Assembly: GCA_965113315.1 (NCBI GenBank)
Contig: OZ220368.1
DNA length: 64,000 nucleotides
Strand: one strand, 5' to 3'
Source of the DNA: Podarcis vaucheri
Lineage: Eukaryota
Below are positions 63,599 to 64,000 of this stretch, in pieces. The translations under genes were made by a program, and so were the position numbers. The notes under the pieces are model-generated. The model saw only the letters and a list, made by a program, of their open reading frames with translations. It was not told the origin of the DNA and did no database searches. Position 1 is the first letter of the stretch. The number at the start of each line of letters is the position of its first letter.

Positions 63599-64000
63599 CT
63601 TTCCACAGGCTCTGCAATGGTGTCGCCTTTTAGTGAATGTAAATCTGGCCTCACATTTCATGCAGTTTGGTGCTTGAGAATCTGGAACCCAGACCGGAGC
63701 CACTTCACCCAAAGTAGTAAATGGCTTTCTTGTAGGAACTCCAAACTGGCCAGCTCCAAGGTCGTTGTCCGGACTATCTGAAGCTGCTGCAAGGCACGAA
63801 CTACTAGAAACCCCAGACTTATAATCATCAGAATGCTCCCTGCCAATATCTGTGACTGATGCACTCAGTGATGTTTCATCAGAAAATACATTTGCTATGT
63901 TTTCACCTACTTTTACTTTTCCAGATACATCATTTTTGTTTTTACTGTTTCCTCCACAGTTTGGGGGAACCAGATCATTTTGTAAATGGTCCGATAATGG
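63599..64000 (-). CDS. ZFYVE9: ZFYVE9 large exon, 3' part (PLSDHLQND...[38 protein letters not shown]), first half of FYVE
   Basis: Open frame to the window edge, FYVE WxxD and RRHHCR motifs, gtatgt donor. Confidence 0.96.

Larger units (their letters stand above)
38385..64000 (-). other. ZFYVE9: ZFYVE9 (SARA, Smad anchor for receptor activation) gene, 3' 16 coding exons; 5' part outside the window
   Basis: Phase-consistent exon chain of 2505 nt: FYVE ([13 protein letters not shown]...[10 protein letters not shown]), SBD (SPNPNNPAEYCST), RRVWF, C-terminal ...LIFYILENIS*. Confidence 0.97.

Overview
This is eukaryotic (vertebrate) genomic DNA, most likely from a squamate and probably a lacertid lizard, inferred from Sauria SINEs, Squam3-type SINEs and Penelope-like fragments. 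It holds two convergent multi-exon genes. CC2D1B (+ strand) has its complete CDS here: 23 coding exons, 992..34913, 2652 nt = 883 aa by my hand-splice, with four DM14 repeats and a C2 domain, plus a non-coding last exon. ZFYVE9/SARA (- strand) is present as its 3' portion: 16 exons from 64000 down to stop 38385, about 834 aa including FYVE, Smad-binding, RVxF/PP1 and C-terminal domains. All exon chains were spliced by hand, with GT-AG boundaries and consistent phases. Introns are full of TEs (Tc1/mariner-Tigger and hAT MITEs, SINEs, L2 ends, Penelope-like fragments) and there is one 129-nt N gap. Almost all supplied ORFs are spurious or exon read-throughs. The most interesting items are an intact minimal hammerhead-ribozyme motif in a nested Penelope-like fragment, a near-perfect 83-bp-arm Penelope palindrome, a candidate 51-nt in-frame cassette exon, a CpG-rich captured insert in a MITE, a MITE with mammalian Tigger1-like ends, and a possible bidirectional poly(A) site. 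I found no clear novel multi-gene system. TE family names come from recalled consensus features, not database searches.
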